This document shows, in pieces, positions 31,552 through 34,960 of a stretch of 34,960 bases of DNA. Each line of letters starts with the position of its first letter. Position 1 is the stretch's first letter. This DNA is from Folioceros fuciformis (lineage: Eukaryota): NCBI GenBank assembly GCA_049999805.1, contig JBNGIO010006099.1:190283-225242 (forward strand). Direction: 5' to 3'. The position numbers and the translations under genes were made by a program. Below the pieces are notes generated by a model that did not search any database, was not told where the DNA came from, and was given only the letters and a program-made list of their open reading frames with translations.

Positions 31552-32565
31552 TTAGGACCATCGTGGCTCGGCCTCTCCTTCTCGCTTTGGCCGTTTCCCT
31601 GCAGGATACGTGATCTCTTTCCTGTCGTCCGCTCCCTCGCCATGTGCCCTAGAGGCAACAGCTGGGCTTCTACTTGCCCTGCTCACCAATCCGTCAGCTT
31701 CAACCGATCCGTCACCATCTCTGCGCTGTTCGCCAGGATCACTCTCACCATGCGAGTCTGCCCTAAACGAAGGGCGTTGTCCTTCTGCTTCTCTTGCTCT
31801 CTTCAACCTTTTCAGGTCAGTATACGAGAGCACGGGTGAACAATTCAGATCACCCACCGGCCCATTTGCAGGTGGGAAGAACCTCAGGTAGCTAGCCAAA
31901 CTTTCATCACACGAACCAGACGGATCTGGCAAACCGTGAAGAGCGATCCCCCTACTTACCAGCTCATCAACAGCCTCGGCAGTAGCCGGCGTTTCGGGAG
32001 CTAGACTAACAGAAAGGTCGAGAGCTAATCCATCTGCCTTGGCCTGCCCATACTCGAACTGTAGACCTCGCCTCACGGGCCTATGTTCCACTGCATCACC
32101 CGACTTCCCTCCCCATCCGTCTCCCAGCAAACTTACCTGGGCGGGAGTACTGGTTGCTCGCCCATATCCTCCACCTTCACCGTCATCTCCCCGCCCACCC
32201 AGAAGCGGCGTGAGTATTTCCAGCTTCCCCCTTGCCTCCTCGTGTGGCTCCACCCGAGGAGTGGTTGGATCAAGGGACTGTACAAACCACGGCAGGTCGG
32301 CATCAGCGCAATCTGGTGGCAGCGTCTTGAGGAAATGGGCAACATCATTCGGCACCCGCGGACACGGCCTCGCAGTCGTNNNNNNNNNNNNNNNNNNNNN
32401 NNNNNNNNNNNNNNNNNNNNNNNNNNNNNNNNNNNNNNNNNNNNNNNNNNNNNNNNNNNNNNNNNNNNNNNNNNNNNNNACATCATTCGGCACCCGCGGA
32501 CACGGCCTCGCAGTCGTCTCCAAGCCTTCGATAAAATAATGCTGCAAACTTCGATTCGTCGCCAT
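31552..32565 (-). CDS. hypothetical orphan protein (about 291 aa if the gap is collapsed)
   Basis: ATG-initiated, GC-rich, stop-free ORF spanning a 100-N gap, with basic NLS-like motifs KRLKRAR and KRPKR. No family recognised. Confidence 0.4.
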   Translation of the reverse strand: MATNRSLQHYFIEGLETTARPCPRVPNDXXXXXXXXXXXXXXXXXXXXXXXXXXXXXXXXXXTTARPCPRVPNDVAHFLKTLPPDCADADLPWFVQSLDPTTPRVEPHEEARGKLEILTPLLGGRGDDGEGGGYGRATSTPAQVSLLGDGWGGKSGDAVEHRPVRRGLQFEYGQAKADGLALDLSVSLAPETPATAEAVDELVSRGIALHGLPDPSGSCDESLASYLRFFPPANGPVGDLNCSPVLSYTDLKRLKRAREAEGQRPSFRADSHGESDPGEQRRDGDGSVEADGLVSRASRSPAVASRAHGEGADDRKEITYPAGKRPKREGEAEPRWS

Positions 32566-32742
32566 TCTTACTCAGGCCTACGCCTCCGCGCAAGCACGCT
32601 ATTGTCATCTACAGTAACCGTGAACCGTGAACAAGGCTAGGTAGGTCACTACTTCAACTCATCATGAAGTCTAGTTGCCGTGCATTCAGAATTCAGTTAG
32701 CCTGTCATGTCATTAGAGTTGAGGACGTCATGTCATGAGACT

Positions 32743-32925
32743 TGAGCACTGGATTCTTGTTGGATTGCAGTGAGCACCGGATTCTTGTTGGATTACAGTG
32801 AGCACCGGATTCTTGTTGGATTACAGTGAGCACCGGATTCTTGTGGAGTAACAGTTGAGCTTGTGGAGTTTAAATTGAGCAGCGGGTTCTTGTGGAGTAG
32901 AGTGAAGCACCGGATTCTCGAGTGG
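32743..32925. repeat. 28-bp minisatellite, about 4 good copies plus a degenerate tail
   Basis: TGAGCACCGGATTCTTGTTGGATTACAG units start at 32743, 32771, 32799 and 32827, then decay. Confidence 0.92.
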
Positions 32926-33266
32926 ACAGACGTGATCCGAGCCGATATTGTCGCGTTCGTAGGACGTCACAAAAAGTCACTTTCAGAAGGAGACCATGAG
33001 GGTGCCATGAAAACATTTTCTAAACACAGTGTGCACCACTGTGGACTTGACGATGAGAGTAACAACTAGAGCTGGAGGCAGCTCCGTCCAAAAACCCTAC
33101 TTAATGGTGGAAAAAACTTCAAATCTGATACCTGAAAGACTTGTGAAATCCAAGAGCTGCACCACTTGAAGTGTTACCTCACTACTAAACAATGTAACAA
33201 CCTGAACACGAGCTTCTAATTACACTGCAGGCAACTCCAATCCAGTCCCAGCATTCCCCCATCGAG

Positions 33267-34945
33267 TCATTGCATTTTCCTGGCAGCGGTGTGTGCCCTG
33301 CTACTTAGAACGGATGTCCTATGGGTTGCATCGTCTCTTATAAAGCTCCACCACATCAGGGTCAGGGGTATTGTTACCGCATGCCATACGGCATGTGCGT
33401 CTAGGATACCCTTTACTGGCGGGAAGTCATAGATTTCCAGCAACATCGCCAGGCCAGCACCAATACACGAAATCCACAGTTTCAACCGTGCAGGATGTTT
33501 GGTAAATCCTGCCCAGAAGGTCCAAGTTATCAGTTGGACAACCCCCAAAACGACACACACCTTCATATTCCAACCTGCAAATATGTCCCGCGTCGTCAGT
33601 CCCGCACACCACATTAATGAAACCACGTCCTGCACCAGTGCATAGAGGAGTGCAGTCACACTTGTGAACAAAGGGCTTGAGGGCCGCCTTACCATAGTCG
33701 AAGTCATAAAAGTTCAAGTAGAGAATGTGTGTTGCGATGAAAGCTATAAAAGGAGCAGAGACCATCACTCGTGCCGCTTCAATCCTCAGGTTAAAAGTGC
33801 GGATCAAGGCGACGATGAGGGAACAACCCAGCAAAGCGATAGCCGACGAATAATCTAGCCTCTCAGTCAACAGCATATCCCTGAAAGAAAAGGGCGAGTA
33901 TCAGAGTTTTTTCATTGATTTGAGACATCAGGCAGTAAAGGAATGACGACACATTCAGCCCCGACCTGGAGTGAAAAATAGCACTCCAAAACCAGGAGTT
34001 TATCGACAACAACCCGTAGATTGTCCACAACCCAGCGAAATCATAATAAGGCCCCTTACTCCCACTTGGCCGCAACGGGAGCTTGTAATAAATGAGAACC
34101 AAAAAGGAGGAGAGACCCTGGAAATGAGCAAGTAAATTCAAGACCGAAAAGGCCACAGACGCAGGTTCCTGCACCAGCAAATTGTTAGCGACGACTACAA
34201 GCGTGGAAACCACATCCTACATTGCACCCGAGACAAAAGCTATCACGGCAACCAACCCTAGCCCCTAGCTCAGAAATCCCAGGAGCATCTGCAATCAGGG
34301 GGGAACCACTGTGGGAGCTCTGTCCAGCAACCGAACCTGCATGCCGAGAATGTTTTTGAAAGGCCACTTTCCATGGTACTTGACAGGTCGCTCTCCAAGC
34401 CCACTCCTCACTGTCTCCCTCTGCACCATGCATTGATAACGACACTTGCTGGTGCAATCCCACTTCTTCCACCGAACGTAAAGGGGTTCTTCCAACAGTG
34501 GGTTCTCGTCCTTGCTGTTCAAGTTCACTCCATTCACTGGAAAGCTGCAGCTCGGGAAGCACACCCCGCCAATACAACCCGTTTGCTCGCAGCTCTCTAC
34601 ACAAGACCTGAAAGCACACCCACAATCACCAACTGCTACCAGTGGCATTGCATCCGACAAGGATACCGGCTCGGAGCCAGCTCCAAACTCGAGCACAAAA
34701 TTTCGTGGCGGTGCAAGGCTACTACATCACCTGGCAACACACAAAGCCTCTGACTCCAGCAGATTCTACACGGCCCCTGCTGGATTGTACAGATCTCACG
34801 GTACCAAAGCAAAATGAATGCACCGCAGCTGGGAGATTCACCTGTAGAGGGGATTACTGTCCCCAGCGCTAGCCTCCACGGATGTCACCCGCACCAGCAC
34901 TGCAAGCACAACCAACACGCAGCTGGAAACTGCCGTCATCATCAT
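33267..34945 (-). CDS. PGAP3: Post-GPI attachment to proteins factor 3 (Per1-like GPI remodelling hydrolase), 5 exons, ~357 aa
   Basis: Exons 34945-34842, 34607-34337, 34168-33966, 33880-33693 and 33574-33267 (GT-AG, phases consistent). It has a signal peptide followed by ASAGD, plus CRYQCM, PVKYHGKWPF, QEPASVAFS, WSAIFHSRD, TERLDYSSA, YDFPP and DAHAVWH. The frame stays open to the window edge, so the start could lie further upstream. Confidence 0.95.
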
Positions 34946-34960
34946 CGATGACACAAGCGG

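Overview
Eukaryotic nuclear DNA from a non-seed land plant. It is most likely a fern, inferred from the style of the PPR N-terminus and from the compact introns, mostly 80-150 nt. From left to right the window holds: short tandem repeats; an intronless F-box-like/RCC1 gene (-); a complete 30-exon DEK1 membrane calpain (-, 2185 aa by my exon model, one GC-AG intron, Cys/His/Asn triad intact); a GC-rich leader/promoter region; C2-like and PPR relics; a long PLS-class PPR gene (+) whose DYW deaminase is truncated and has lost its zinc ligands; an intronless HSPA12-like atypical Hsp70 (-) with degenerate ATPase motifs; a ~142-bp AT-rich satellite; a truncated, mosaic tandem pseudogene copy of the HSPA12-like gene interrupted by a doubly deleted Ty1/copia element; minisatellites; a PIF/Harbinger remnant; a second PPR relic; an orphan ORF across an apparently false assembly gap; and a 5-exon PGAP3/PER1 gene (-). 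I found no CRISPR array, rRNA or tRNA. All homology calls come from motif recognition and memory, not from database searches.
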